Counted from the stretch's first letter, positions 49,215 through 59,066 are shown. The stretch is DNA of 64,000 bases from Candidatus Saccharimonadota bacterium (GCA_027371825.1 DAHXLE010000012.1:1179-65178); one strand, 5' to 3'. The notes: generated by a model not told the origin, from the sequence alone. Made by a program: numbers and translations.

Positions 49215-50990
49215 ATGACCGTCCATATAACCAAACAGCATTTACGTCGCCAAATTCTGAAGGGAAGGGCCCAAGTTGACAGCATCAGCAAAAAGGCCGG
49301 ACGTAATATTGATCGAAATCTAGTCAATAGACTGGAAAGATTATTGCAAATCAAGCTATTTCTGATCAGCTGGATTATGCTGATAGTGTTGTTAAGTGGC
49401 GCGGTTCTGTCTCAAACCTATGGCCTAGGTAACTACTACTTGAAGTTTAGCAGTGTGCCGGGGGGCATATATTCCGAGGGAATACTCGGAGATTTTACTA
49501 CCGCTAACCCGATCTATGCTGCCAATCCCGTAGATGACACTCTAGCGAAACTGGTTTTTGGGAGCCTTTTTACCTATAACGCCAACAATCAGTTAGTAGG
49601 GGATCTTGCCAGCAATTGGACTGTCGATTCGACCGGACGCGTTTACACGGTGACTCTAAAACCGCATCTTACATGGCAGGACGGGAAGCCACTAACCGCC
49701 AGCGATGTAGTTTTTACTTATAAGACAATTCAGAATCCCGATGCCCAGTCAGATTTAAATAGCAGCTGGCAAGATGTTAGTGTGTCCGAGGTAAACCCGC
49801 TAACAGTTAAGTTTACGCTTGGTAATCCGCTTAGCTCGTTTCCTTATTCTTTGACAACCGGCATCATACCGCAACATATCTTAGGGAATGTGCCGCCAAG
49901 CGAGCTCCGATCAAACAGTTTCAACACCGATACCATAGGGTCGGGACCTTTTATTTGGAAATCTCTGGAAGTTGCCGGTGATACTCCCCTGACTCGAGAA
50001 GAACAAATTGTACTTACACCTAATCCGCGATATGTCGGAGGCGAGCCGAAGATAAGCGAGTTCATTATTAGGGCCTTTCATAACAAAACTAACCTAATCA
50101 ATGTATTTAAAAGCGGCAATCTGTCGGCAGTAAGCGGTCTGAACTCCATTCCTTCAGGCATGGATAGTTCCGCTCTTTATAGCTATTCGATGCCATTAAC
50201 GGCTGCCGAAATGGTGTTTTTCAAGACCAGTGCCGGCGTTTTGGCGGATCAGTATGTGCGTCAGGCTTTAGTGCAAGGGGCAGATGTCAATAAGATCATA
50301 AATGGCTTAGGGTATCCGGTAATACCGGTAAGGGAGCCACTGCTCTTTGGCCAACTCGGTTACAATCCTGCTTATGTTCAGCTTGGATATAACAAAGCGG
50401 CTGCCGCTAGAGAGCTTACACAAGACGGTTGGATTATGGGTAAAAACGGGATTCGATATAAAAACGGATTACCACTATCTTTTGGTCTATATGCTCCAGA
50501 TACCAAAGACAGTCGATATATAACGACCCAATTAAGTAACGAGTGGAAATCTCTGGGCGTCAACACACAAGTTCTATTACAGAGCGCTTTGGACCTACAA
50601 GATACGGTATCGCTGCATAACTATGATGCATTGCTTTATGGTATATCTATCGGGGTTGACCCGGACGTATTTGTGTATTGGGACAGCACGCAAGCAAATC
50701 CCTCATCACCTACCAGACTAAATTTCTCAGAGTTTAAATCAGCGACTGCCGATGAGGCCCTAGAAGGTGCTAGAACGCGTTCGAACCCAGCACTCAGGGC
50801 CGTTAAATATCAGCCGTTTTTAAAGGTTTGGCAACAACAGGCGCCGGCGCTAGGACTATATCAGCCTAGGTTTTTGTATATATCCAGGGACAAGATATAT
50901 GGTTTAAACGAGCACAAAATCAATACCCTAACGGATATATATAACAATGTTCAGAATTGGGAGATAGATACTGCCTGGGTGAAAGGCTAG
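49215..50990 (+). CDS. ABC transporter substrate-binding protein, family 5 (Opp/Dpp-like), membrane-anchored
   Basis: It is 591 aa with an N-terminal TM anchor. Its size and blocks match SBP_bac_5 (VTLKPHLTWQDGKPLTASDVVFTY; GSGPFIW). No permease or ATPase genes lie adjacent. Confidence 0.8.
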   Translation: MTVHITKQHLRRQILKGRAQVDSISKKAGRNIDRNLVNRLERLLQIKLFLISWIMLIVLLSGAVLSQTYGLGNYYLKFSSVPGGIYSEGILGDFTTANPIYAANPVDDTLAKLVFGSLFTYNANNQLVGDLASNWTVDSTGRVYTVTLKPHLTWQDGKPLTASDVVFTYKTIQNPDAQSDLNSSWQDVSVSEVNPLTVKFTLGNPLSSFPYSLTTGIIPQHILGNVPPSELRSNSFNTDTIGSGPFIWKSLEVAGDTPLTREEQIVLTPNPRYVGGEPKISEFIIRAFHNKTNLINVFKSGNLSAVSGLNSIPSGMDSSALYSYSMPLTAAEMVFFKTSAGVLADQYVRQALVQGADVNKIINGLGYPVIPVREPLLFGQLGYNPAYVQLGYNKAAAARELTQDGWIMGKNGIRYKNGLPLSFGLYAPDTKDSRYITTQLSNEWKSLGVNTQVLLQSALDLQDTVSLHNYDALLYGISIGVDPDVFVYWDSTQANPSSPTRLNFSEFKSATADEALEGARTRSNPALRAVKYQPFLKVWQQQAPALGLYQPRFLYISRDKIYGLNEHKINTLTDIYNNVQNWEIDTAWVKG

Positions 50991-51050
50991 CTGAGTTGAA
51001 AAACAAAACCAAAACAGATAAGCTAGAGCATATAAACTAATAATTTATAT

Positions 51051-51137
51051 GCCGCGGTGGTGAAATTGGTATACACGCTAGCTTCAGGTGCTAGTGGAGG
51101 CGACTCCGTGGAGGTTCAAGTCCTCTTCGCGGCACCA
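51051..51137 (+). tRNA. tRNA-Leu (anticodon CAG), long variable arm
   Basis: The acceptor is GCCGCGG/TCGCGGC followed by ACCA. The anticodon stem is CTAGC/GCTAG with loop T-T-CAG-G-T. The variable arm has a GGAG..CTCC stem. The T-arm is GGAGG-TTCAAGT-CCTCT. Confidence 0.9.
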
Positions 51138-51295
51138 GCAGATTTTTTATTACACGTTGTAGAAATATTGACGGGTTCAGGTCCTATAAGGGATGGTCAG
51201 GTGGGATAAGTTACGTGTATCCAAGCGACGGCTAAGCTGCAGGGACCAGTCAAACTGTATACCATCTTGGCTCTAGTGCGTAGATGCGACTACGG

Positions 51296-51742
51296 CTATT
51301 TTCCTGGCTTAGAAGAGGTTGTGGGATGAACCATCGCAGCAGAGTCAGAACCCAACACATCGAACCATACCGAGTCCTGAGACTCCGGCCTACCGTTGTA
51401 ATTGAAGGTTATTTCTTCGCCAGCCGTAATCTTACTTAATGCACGCACGGTGATTGTGAGCTTGTCGAAATCTGCTTTGTACACAGAGTTTGGGTTATAG
51501 GAGTGGTTATAAAAACATCCAAGTCCCTGAGCAAGCGCAGCGTCTTTGTTGTGCCAATTGAAATAGTGATCATACAACAGTGTTTGATCGAGAGCCGGTC
51601 GCTGAGCGGCAGGGACAACAATTACCGGGCATACTTCAATCACATCATCGGGTTCAAATGCGTGCCGCGCAAATACGCCCCGTCCAGATATACTAGACCG
51701 TTGCAGCTGCACACCATCCGATAAGGCGATCACATTTTTCAC
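51296..51742 (-). CDS. SET-domain protein (putative protein-lysine methyltransferase)
   Basis: It carries GRGVFARHAF, FYNHSYNPN and GEEITFNY, in a minimal 148-aa SET fold. Confidence 0.85.
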   Translation of the reverse strand: MKNVIALSDGVQLQRSSISGRGVFARHAFEPDDVIEVCPVIVVPAAQRPALDQTLLYDHYFNWHNKDAALAQGLGCFYNHSYNPNSVYKADFDKLTITVRALSKITAGEEITFNYNGRPESQDSVWFDVLGSDSAAMVHPTTSSKPGK

Positions 51743-52045
51743 TCAATCAAGTCTATCTCAAGCAACGAACCGTGACAACTCGTTCTTTCCATTACCCGTA
51801 ACTAACGGGTTAGTCACATTGCCGTCTTTCCGGCATACGCCTTGCTGGCTCGTCGAGGCAACAAACGGTGACCTCTTGAGTGCGATGTTGTAAAGCATAT
51901 AGAACGAACACCTTGAAAGTGACCATGGTTCGCGCTTTACAATCTGGTGGAGCTGCGGAGAATTGAACTCCGAACTGATCAATGCGAATGATCTGTTATG
52001 CCGTTTAACTACAGCCCCCAAGCTTAAGGTCAAGTATACCCCAGG

Positions 52046-52939
52046 TTGACTACATATGCTGCTACAATACTAGACGTGGCCGAACGACAAATTGCTAATG
52101 AACTTAGATTAACACACAAACAGACTGTTTTAGCGATCGTACTAACGGGTATAGTAGTCTTCGCGATTGTCTCTTATTTTGGCTGGACTAAGGTGTACGA
52201 AAATCCGGCAAGAGTGTTTTGGGATGGAATTGCCAATGATTTAGCAACTTCGCAGGTTATCCGTCAGATAAATGAACAATCTACCGGTACGACTCTGAGC
52301 GAGACAATTCGGCTTAATCTCTCAGGAGGTGATTTAGCACAGGCCAATACGACACTCACTAATTTAGGCTCAAGCATATCTACTGAAACTATAGGCACGC
52401 CGTATGCTGACTATGTGAAATATACAGATATTATAGACAAAGCACACAACCAAAAGGTCATACCTCTTAGTCTGAGGAGCCTAATAGGAGTATGGGTTAA
52501 GCACTCACCAGGAACGCTCAAGTCTCCCTTAACGCATCTTTTGGGACAATCTATCCTTGGTGTCGTACCAACAGCCTATATTCCAGAGCCCCAGCGCCAA
52601 GCACTTATGGTACTTGCTCACAAGGCCTTTAAGCCGGATCTTTCAACAGTAAGCACCAGAACGATTAATGGTAAAAGGGCATACGTTTACAGGGTCAAAA
52701 TATCTGCAGTCAATTATGCTGAGTTTGTCTCGACTTTTTGCAGTGACGAAGGTTTTGGCAGGCCAGCATTCTTACGCCCCGGTAACTTCTCCGCTGGGTC
52801 GACCTATGATCTGCAGTTTTCAATTAATCCACAATCGCATGAAATACTACAGATAAACTATGGTCATGGGCATGTTGAAAACTATAGCGGATATGGGGTA
52901 CCAACATCAATAACAATACCCACCCATACGAGTAAATAG
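52046..52939 (+). CDS. hypothetical membrane-anchored extracytoplasmic protein
   Basis: It is 297 aa with a TTG start. A single TM helix (LAIVLTGIVVFAIVSYFGW) lies near the N-terminus. No family was recognised. Confidence 0.65.
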   Translation: MTTYAATILDVAERQIANELRLTHKQTVLAIVLTGIVVFAIVSYFGWTKVYENPARVFWDGIANDLATSQVIRQINEQSTGTTLSETIRLNLSGGDLAQANTTLTNLGSSISTETIGTPYADYVKYTDIIDKAHNQKVIPLSLRSLIGVWVKHSPGTLKSPLTHLLGQSILGVVPTAYIPEPQRQALMVLAHKAFKPDLSTVSTRTINGKRAYVYRVKISAVNYAEFVSTFCSDEGFGRPAFLRPGNFSAGSTYDLQFSINPQSHEILQINYGHGHVENYSGYGVPTSITIPTHTSK

Positions 52940-53047
52940 ACGTTAGCGATAAAAATAAGAAAAACCTCGGCAAACTATCAATAGTCCGGTTGACATATTT
53001 TTTAACAAAGTTAAACTTAAGAAGTAAACAATTACATATAAAATAAA

Positions 53048-55162
53048 GTGTCAACCATTATCGAAGCACCAACCGAAATGCTCCCGGAGGAATTACCTCT
53101 AGGGATAGCGGATTCTGCTAGTACAAATAATGGTACAGTGCAACCGGACGCTTTGAATGCTATAGGCGAATTTCCACAAGGAGCATATTTACCGCCCGTG
53201 GCGAGTGGTGATATTATTGCCAGCTCAACGAATGAACAGCCAGCGGATTTGGCTATCGAAGTTATTGGCGATGGTCCTTCGTCTACCCCCAAATCTAACG
53301 TTCAGGCAATATCGCCACCTGAAGTAGTCGGAGGTGGCCCGCCTGTTGATGGTATGTCAACGTCGCTAGGCACCGAACAACCTCATGCACCAGAATCAGA
53401 TGATGTTGTTGTGGCTGAGAGAATTCACGACACTAGCCCAACAACCGAGAGTCATCACAGAATTGATCGAGCCCCGGAAGATAACGGAAGTTCCGAGGAT
53501 GACGCTAATGTACATATGGAAGACCTGCCCGTTAGCTTACCCCCGGAATTATCCGATCGATTCAATAAGCTGCAAGCAAAAATCTATAAAAACGGCACAC
53601 ATCATATATACGGCGTAGACGAAGAAGGTAAACGGACACATTTAAGAGGAAACGATGTCTTACAAGCCTTTGGGTATAAACCGCGTAATGAAATGACCGC
53701 AGCCGAAATTGCAAGCTATGACGATGATCCAGAATCTTCCGATGCGATCTCCGAAACACTCAATAGAATTTCTGATCTTGAAGAAAAGGTTGCGGGTATC
53801 AACGAGAAACTTGATACTCTGCTTGCGGAACCTAGAGAACTTACGGAAGAAAAACCTCCAGTTGAATTGTCAAGGATCCTTCCCGATGGTTCATTGGACG
53901 AAGAGACAAAAGAGGCTGACCGTAGACTTACAGAAAAACAGGCCGATAACGATCTAGACGATGCCATAAAGCAATATGCTAATGCAAGCAATTATAGCGA
54001 GAGTATTTTATCTAATAAAGAAGAGCGTACTCAACGTTTAGCAGAAGCAACGACAAGGCTAAGAGAGGCCCAAGAAAAAGTGTTAGACTTTCAGGTCAAA
54101 ACAATACTATCGGCCGACAAACAATTAATCTACTTAAACGAAGACGCCGTAGCAGCTATTGATGAAGCCGAAAAGACTTTGGAAGAGTTATATTATAAGC
54201 GAGATTTAGCAGGCGTAGATTATGATGGAAGCCTAGACGAGCAGATTAAAAAAAGAAATATGGATGTTGCAAATGCAATATTATGTCTTGATCTAGTTGC
54301 AGAAAAAGTCCAGAAACGAGTCGGTGAAATTCAAGAATTTAGGGTCTCGCAAACATTACAACTGGCAAAACGTATCGAAGATGAAAAACTTAGGCTTAGA
54401 GTCGAACAGCATCCACGCTTAGCCAAAATTAATAACTGGATACAAAAGCATCCAAAAGCGCGTTTGGGTGTTGGGTTAGGGTTAGCGGCCATGGGCGTAG
54501 TCGGTACAGCGACATTCAATGCGCCTCTTGTCGGACTGGCAGTTGCCGGTGGAAGTGCATTAAGAGCATATGGATCGTACAACTTCGTAAGAGGCATCGG
54601 TGATGTTTTAGCCAATCATAAAATGAAAAAGGCCGATATTGCGACCGTTCAAGACTTACTTGATATAACTAATGAACAAACAACTACCAGAAGAAAAAGT
54701 AAGAGAGGCGCCTTAGCGGTTGCTACGGTGCTGGCATTAACGCCCGTAGTAGCTAAATTCCTAGAAGCATCACAAACCGCATCTAAGCCCGGTGTATTAA
54801 GTAGACTGCCCGGTAGTCGAAGCGCCCCACCAGGATCATCGTCCACTGCCCATCCAATTCCGTCAGGGCCTCCCGCTATTGATCATAATATTCTCCCGGG
54901 CCCATCTCCCGCTAATCATGGATTGTCTATTATTGCGACCCATGGCAACATGCTTCCTTGGACTTATGCAGAACAATTTCTTCACACCAACATCTCTAAT
55001 CCGGCAGTCTTAGAAAAATTGACTAACAATAATTTGGGAATAAAATTTATCGGAAATGGCCAGAGTGGTGGACTGGGAGCTATTAATAGCGTGGTAATAA
55101 ATGGACAGTCGTATTCCGATATTGGACACATTAACGGAGCAATATCGGCCATTTTAGGCTAG
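53048..55162 (+). CDS. large hypothetical protein (disordered acidic N-terminus, coiled coils, hydrophobic hairpin, C-terminal globular part)
   Basis: It is 704 aa with a GTG start. It has long E/K/D-rich helical segments. A bilobed hydrophobic stretch, LGVGLGLAAMGVVGTATFNAPLVGLAVAGGSAL, is followed by a second hydrophobic segment, ALAVATVLALTPVVA. Confidence 0.75.
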   Translation: MSTIIEAPTEMLPEELPLGIADSASTNNGTVQPDALNAIGEFPQGAYLPPVASGDIIASSTNEQPADLAIEVIGDGPSSTPKSNVQAISPPEVVGGGPPVDGMSTSLGTEQPHAPESDDVVVAERIHDTSPTTESHHRIDRAPEDNGSSEDDANVHMEDLPVSLPPELSDRFNKLQAKIYKNGTHHIYGVDEEGKRTHLRGNDVLQAFGYKPRNEMTAAEIASYDDDPESSDAISETLNRISDLEEKVAGINEKLDTLLAEPRELTEEKPPVELSRILPDGSLDEETKEADRRLTEKQADNDLDDAIKQYANASNYSESILSNKEERTQRLAEATTRLREAQEKVLDFQVKTILSADKQLIYLNEDAVAAIDEAEKTLEELYYKRDLAGVDYDGSLDEQIKKRNMDVANAILCLDLVAEKVQKRVGEIQEFRVSQTLQLAKRIEDEKLRLRVEQHPRLAKINNWIQKHPKARLGVGLGLAAMGVVGTATFNAPLVGLAVAGGSALRAYGSYNFVRGIGDVLANHKMKKADIATVQDLLDITNEQTTTRRKSKRGALAVATVLALTPVVAKFLEASQTASKPGVLSRLPGSRSAPPGSSSTAHPIPSGPPAIDHNILPGPSPANHGLSIIATHGNMLPWTYAEQFLHTNISNPAVLEKLTNNNLGIKFIGNGQSGGLGAINSVVINGQSYSDIGHINGAISAILG

Positions 55163-55175
55163 AACAGGATATCTC

Positions 55176-55499
55176 ATGAACAAGGATGATTTGATTAAAA
55201 AACTAAAAATCGAAGACGTAACCAAGGAAAATCAAGCTATAATTCTAGAGAATGTTGCCAATGTAGTCTCGACCAGAATCATGGTACTTATAGCCGAGAA
55301 ATTAAACGATACAGATTTAGATGAACTTAATAGGTTGGTTGACGAGCAGAAAGATGATGAAGTAGAATCATTTATTAAATCCAAATTTGAGAATTATGAC
55401 CAATTCGCGTCCGAAGTTGAAAATCAGGTTATTGAGGAATTAGCAAACAGTAATGAACATTTAATTTCAGCTGTCAATGCATCAGACGACAATAGTTAA
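55176..55499 (+). CDS. small acidic helical protein, unknown function
   Basis: It is 107 aa, highly acidic and predicted helical. It starts 13 nt after the previous gene. Confidence 0.6.
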   Translation: MNKDDLIKKLKIEDVTKENQAIILENVANVVSTRIMVLIAEKLNDTDLDELNRLVDEQKDDEVESFIKSKFENYDQFASEVENQVIEELANSNEHLISAVNASDDNS

Positions 55500-55559
55500 T
55501 TCCTGCGTTTTCAAGCCCTAAAAAAGTTACCATGTGACGTATAATCTAATTACAACAAC

Positions 55560-56312
55560 ATGCAAGTTATCGTAGACGGACTACTCACAAACTATAGCCG
55601 AGAAGGAAAAGGCAAGATAGTTATAATCCTGCATGGTTGGGGAGATGACCTGCGTAGCTGGCGATTTGTGTCTGAGTCGTTATCGAAAACCTATCAAGTC
55701 ATTTTGTTAGATCTTCCCGGGTTTGGTGGAACACAGTCACCTAATAGCCCGTGGGGGCTGAGCGACTACGCTTCTTTTATCGCAGCATTTTTGCGAAAGT
55801 TGGACGTTAATGATTTATATGCCGTTATAGGACACAGCAACGGTGGAGCGATTGCTATAAGGGGCTGCGCGGATGCCGAACTTAAACCCGAAAAGCTTGT
55901 TTTAATATCTTCAGCCGGCTTGAGAGGAGAATATAACGGGAGAATTAAGGCTATGAGGATGGTTACGAAAGCCGGTAGGGCTATAACTAGTCCGTTGCCA
56001 AAGTCCGTCAAACAAAAACTCAGAAAGCAAGTTTACAAAAGTATTGGCTCCGATATGCTGGTGGCCGAGCATCTACAAGACACTTTCAAAAAAATCGTCA
56101 CGGATGACGTTAGAGACGACGCCACTAGGATTCAAGTACCGACTTTGTTACTTTACGGAGCACAAGATGAACAAACGCCACCTTATTACGGGCAAACTTT
56201 CAAGGATCTCATCAGAGATTCCAGGCTGATTTTATACTCAAAAAGCGGACATTTTTTGCAAATTGACCGTCCTACTGAAATAATTAAAGCCATAAGGGAA
56301 TTTATATCATGA
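55560..56312 (+). CDS. alpha/beta-fold hydrolase
   Basis: It carries ILHGWGD, the nucleophile elbow GHSNGG, and a C-terminal SGHF (His) region. Confidence 0.85.
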   Translation: MQVIVDGLLTNYSREGKGKIVIILHGWGDDLRSWRFVSESLSKTYQVILLDLPGFGGTQSPNSPWGLSDYASFIAAFLRKLDVNDLYAVIGHSNGGAIAIRGCADAELKPEKLVLISSAGLRGEYNGRIKAMRMVTKAGRAITSPLPKSVKQKLRKQVYKSIGSDMLVAEHLQDTFKKIVTDDVRDDATRIQVPTLLLYGAQDEQTPPYYGQTFKDLIRDSRLILYSKSGHFLQIDRPTEIIKAIREFIS

Positions 56313-57769
56313 AGAAAAATTTCAGAAAATTCTGCGAATCCATCGGTATTTTTTATAGTCCTAGATTTATCACCACTATTGTTTATATGCTCCAAAACAC
56401 AGAATATGACGTGGGCTCATATTTGAAATGGTTCTGGCGTACCCAGAATTTTTCCAATGTAATTGTCAGACGAACGTTGGATAAGACGAAAGTTGCGCGG
56501 CAATTAATACTTGGTCTTTATGTTGGCATGGGTATCCAGATATTGGCCGGTCTCTATGTGTTATATGCCGGTATTTTTCAGGATTTATACGGCGGTATAT
56601 ATTTTGGTTTAGCGCTGCTATTGTCGTATCCGGTGGTCTGGGCTCATCTTGTGGTAGTCCAGCTGGAACTAGGGCGTATCTTACTGGTCAACCCTAGACA
56701 AAAAAGTCTTATTCTTGCCTCGGAGCAGATATTTAAAAACCACCCCGGAATTAAGATTGCCGTTGCTGGAAGCTATGGTAAAACAAGCATGAAGGAAATA
56801 CTGAAAACGGTTCTTTCTGAGGGTAAAAAAGTCGCTGCTACTCCGGCCAATAAAAACGTTGCCGTGTCCCATGCTGAGTTTGCGCGGTCACTGAACGGTA
56901 ACGAGGACATATTGTTAATCGAATACGGTGAAGGCAAGCCTGGAGACGTAGAAGCATTTGTGCGCAATACTCACCCTACCCACGGCGTTATAACCGGCCT
57001 TGCTCCGGCACATCTCGATCACTATAAGACTCTTAAGGCCGCCGGTAGAGATATTTTTGCTCTGGCCGGTTCTTTAAAGGCTCAGCATGTTTTCGTCAAC
57101 GATGAGTCAGAAGAAATAAAACCGTTCATAAAACCCGGATATCAAAAATATAATCAAAACGGAGCAATGGGATGGAAAACCAGCGATATCGTAGTATCTT
57201 TAGACGGAACAAGTTTTATTCTCAAAAAAGACGGCCACGAGCTAAAGCTTAAAAGTTTACTTTTGGGAGCTCATCAAGTAGGACCTTTGTCTCTCGTAGC
57301 CGCCTTATCGCATTCTCTGGGGTTAAGCGACGACGAGATCGTAACAGGAATTAGCCGCACCGCTCCATTTGAACACCGCATGCAACCCTACCCATTAAGT
57401 GGCGGCTGGGTCATCGACGATACGTACAACGGGAATATCGAAGGCATACGAGCCGGTACTGCTCTTCTTAAGGCATTGTCGGCAAAGCGTAAACTCTACG
57501 TTACTCCAGGACTGGTTGATCAAGGGTCCGAGACCGAGGCCGTACATATAAAAATGGGCGAGTTAATTGCGTTATCGGATGCCGATATAGTTGTGCTGAT
57601 GAGAAATTCTGTTAGTGGTTATATTATGAAAGGGCTTCAGAATGTTTCCTATAAAGGAGAGGTGCGCGTAGAAGATAATCCTCTACGATTCTATAATAAT
57701 CTTGGCGAATTCGTGGCGGTTGGAGACGTAGCGATGCTCCAAAACGACTGGCCCGATAATTATGCTTGA
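56309..57769 (+). CDS. murF: Mur-ligase family protein, MurF-like, with N-terminal transmembrane region
   Basis: The P-loop is AVAGSYGKTSMKE. It also carries ITGLAPAHLDHY and DDTYNGN (compare MurF DDSYNANP). The first 125 aa or so contain hydrophobic helices (LILGLYVGMGIQILAGLYVLYAGI; IYFGLALLLSYPVVWAHLVVV) in place of the usual soluble N-domain. It is followed by ddl and alr. Confidence 0.75.
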   Translation: MKKNFRKFCESIGIFYSPRFITTIVYMLQNTEYDVGSYLKWFWRTQNFSNVIVRRTLDKTKVARQLILGLYVGMGIQILAGLYVLYAGIFQDLYGGIYFGLALLLSYPVVWAHLVVVQLELGRILLVNPRQKSLILASEQIFKNHPGIKIAVAGSYGKTSMKEILKTVLSEGKKVAATPANKNVAVSHAEFARSLNGNEDILLIEYGEGKPGDVEAFVRNTHPTHGVITGLAPAHLDHYKTLKAAGRDIFALAGSLKAQHVFVNDESEEIKPFIKPGYQKYNQNGAMGWKTSDIVVSLDGTSFILKKDGHELKLKSLLLGAHQVGPLSLVAALSHSLGLSDDEIVTGISRTAPFEHRMQPYPLSGGWVIDDTYNGNIEGIRAGTALLKALSAKRKLYVTPGLVDQGSETEAVHIKMGELIALSDADIVVLMRNSVSGYIMKGLQNVSYKGEVRVEDNPLRFYNNLGEFVAVGDVAMLQNDWPDNYA

Positions 57770-57802
57770 TATGTCGGCACATCCAAAAGCGACCGGCGTA
57801 TT

Positions 57803-57819
57803 TTCACTATAGCCAAAAA
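57803..57819 (+). repeat. 17-nt exact repeat, copy A (TTCACTATAGCCAAAAA)
   Basis: It lies 34 nt after the murF-like stop. It is identical to the 17-mer at 60257-60273, and the upstream flank is loosely similar (CCAAAAGCGACC vs CCCAAAGACCACC). Confidence 0.6.
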
Positions 57820-57884
57820 TTAAATGCGGGCCTTAATTGTAGCTAATAATTGTAAATAGACTACTTAGGCCTATAATTATTGGT

Positions 57885-59054
57885 ATGGATACGGTTGCGG
57901 TAATATTCGGGGGTCGCTCGGCCGAGCATGATGTGTCTATCGTGACGGCCATATCAAGTATTATAAAACCGCTCGAACTGACCAGGAGATATAAAGTAGA
58001 GGCGGTCTATATATCAAAGGATGGAGCATGGTACTGGGGGGAAGAACTTAAGCATATATCGTTGTTCTCTACTGGTAAAATAACGGATTATATACGGAAG
58101 ACTAATCCCGTGAGCGTGCAGCTGGATGGCGGTATGACCTTAATAAAATCGAGTGGAATTGCCGGCAGAAAAACAGCGAGAAAAATTGACCTGGTATTTC
58201 CGTCGATGCACGGCACTTACGGTGAAGACGGAGCACTTATGGGTCTGTTGGATCTAGCCGGGATACCATATGTTGGTTGCGGGGTCAGTGCGTCGGCAGT
58301 AGCTATGAACAAGCTTCTGTCTAAACAAATCGTTAGTGCTTGTGGAATGCCGACAACAAAATATCTGTCATTAACAAAAAATGAACTTGAACAAAATCCG
58401 GCTCAAGCTGTGAAGTCGGTTATCGGTACGCTTAAATTTCCTCTATTTATCAAGCCGGTACATCTGGGTTCAAGTATCGGTATTACTAAGGCCGAAAACG
58501 AGTCAGAACTCAGAAACGGCCTTGAGGTTGCCGCTCATTATGATGATACCGTTATAGTAGAAGAGGCTGTTACTAATCTGATCGAAGTGACATTGCCGGT
58601 TATGGGAAACGATCAACCGGTAGCAGCGCTTTTAGAAAAGCCACTAACCAAATCCGAGGACTTTTTTGATTTTGACACTAAGTATCTGGGTCAGGGCAAG
58701 GGTGGTAAAAAGACGTCGACCGGTAAACGCGGCAGCCAGGGATATAGTGAAGTGCCTGCTAAGTTGCCGAAGGATTTGTATGCCAGGGCCGAGAGCATGG
58801 GGCTGAGTGTATACAAGGCTTTGGGTTGTAGCGGTATTGCAAGGGTTGATATGCTGATTGATGCCAAAACCGAAAAAATATATTTCAACGAAGTTAATCC
58901 TTTGCCGGGAAGTCTTTATGCCCATAATTGGCGAGCCGCCGGTTATAGCAATGTTGATTTAGTTGAAAAATTAATCGTTTACGCAAAAGAAAGATATATG
59001 CAGCGAAAATCTCTGGCAACTAGCTTTAATACCAATTTTCTTCAACAGTTCTAA
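57885..59054 (+). CDS. ddl: D-alanine--D-alanine ligase
   Basis: It carries VAVIFGGRSAEHDVS, ATP-grasp blocks and a C-terminal FNEVNPLPGS. Confidence 0.93.
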   Translation: MDTVAVIFGGRSAEHDVSIVTAISSIIKPLELTRRYKVEAVYISKDGAWYWGEELKHISLFSTGKITDYIRKTNPVSVQLDGGMTLIKSSGIAGRKTARKIDLVFPSMHGTYGEDGALMGLLDLAGIPYVGCGVSASAVAMNKLLSKQIVSACGMPTTKYLSLTKNELEQNPAQAVKSVIGTLKFPLFIKPVHLGSSIGITKAENESELRNGLEVAAHYDDTVIVEEAVTNLIEVTLPVMGNDQPVAALLEKPLTKSEDFFDFDTKYLGQGKGGKKTSTGKRGSQGYSEVPAKLPKDLYARAESMGLSVYKALGCSGIARVDMLIDAKTEKIYFNEVNPLPGSLYAHNWRAAGYSNVDLVEKLIVYAKERYMQRKSLATSFNTNFLQQF

Positions 59055-59066
59055 ATCTTTGTTTAT

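Noticed and set aside
51758-52033. 91-aa minus-strand ORF between the SET gene and 52046
   Set aside because: It has no SD, an odd composition (Cys/Arg/Ser-rich, no hydrophobic core pattern) and no family. It is more likely non-coding DNA or a remnant. It was kept only as context in the tRNA-Leu/SET finding.
57803-57819. T7-like promoter resemblance of TTCACTATAGCC (compare CTCACTATAGGG)
   Set aside because: Only the CACTATAG core matches. The upstream TAATACGA part is absent and there is no phage RNA polymerase context. I treat it simply as a repeated 17-mer.
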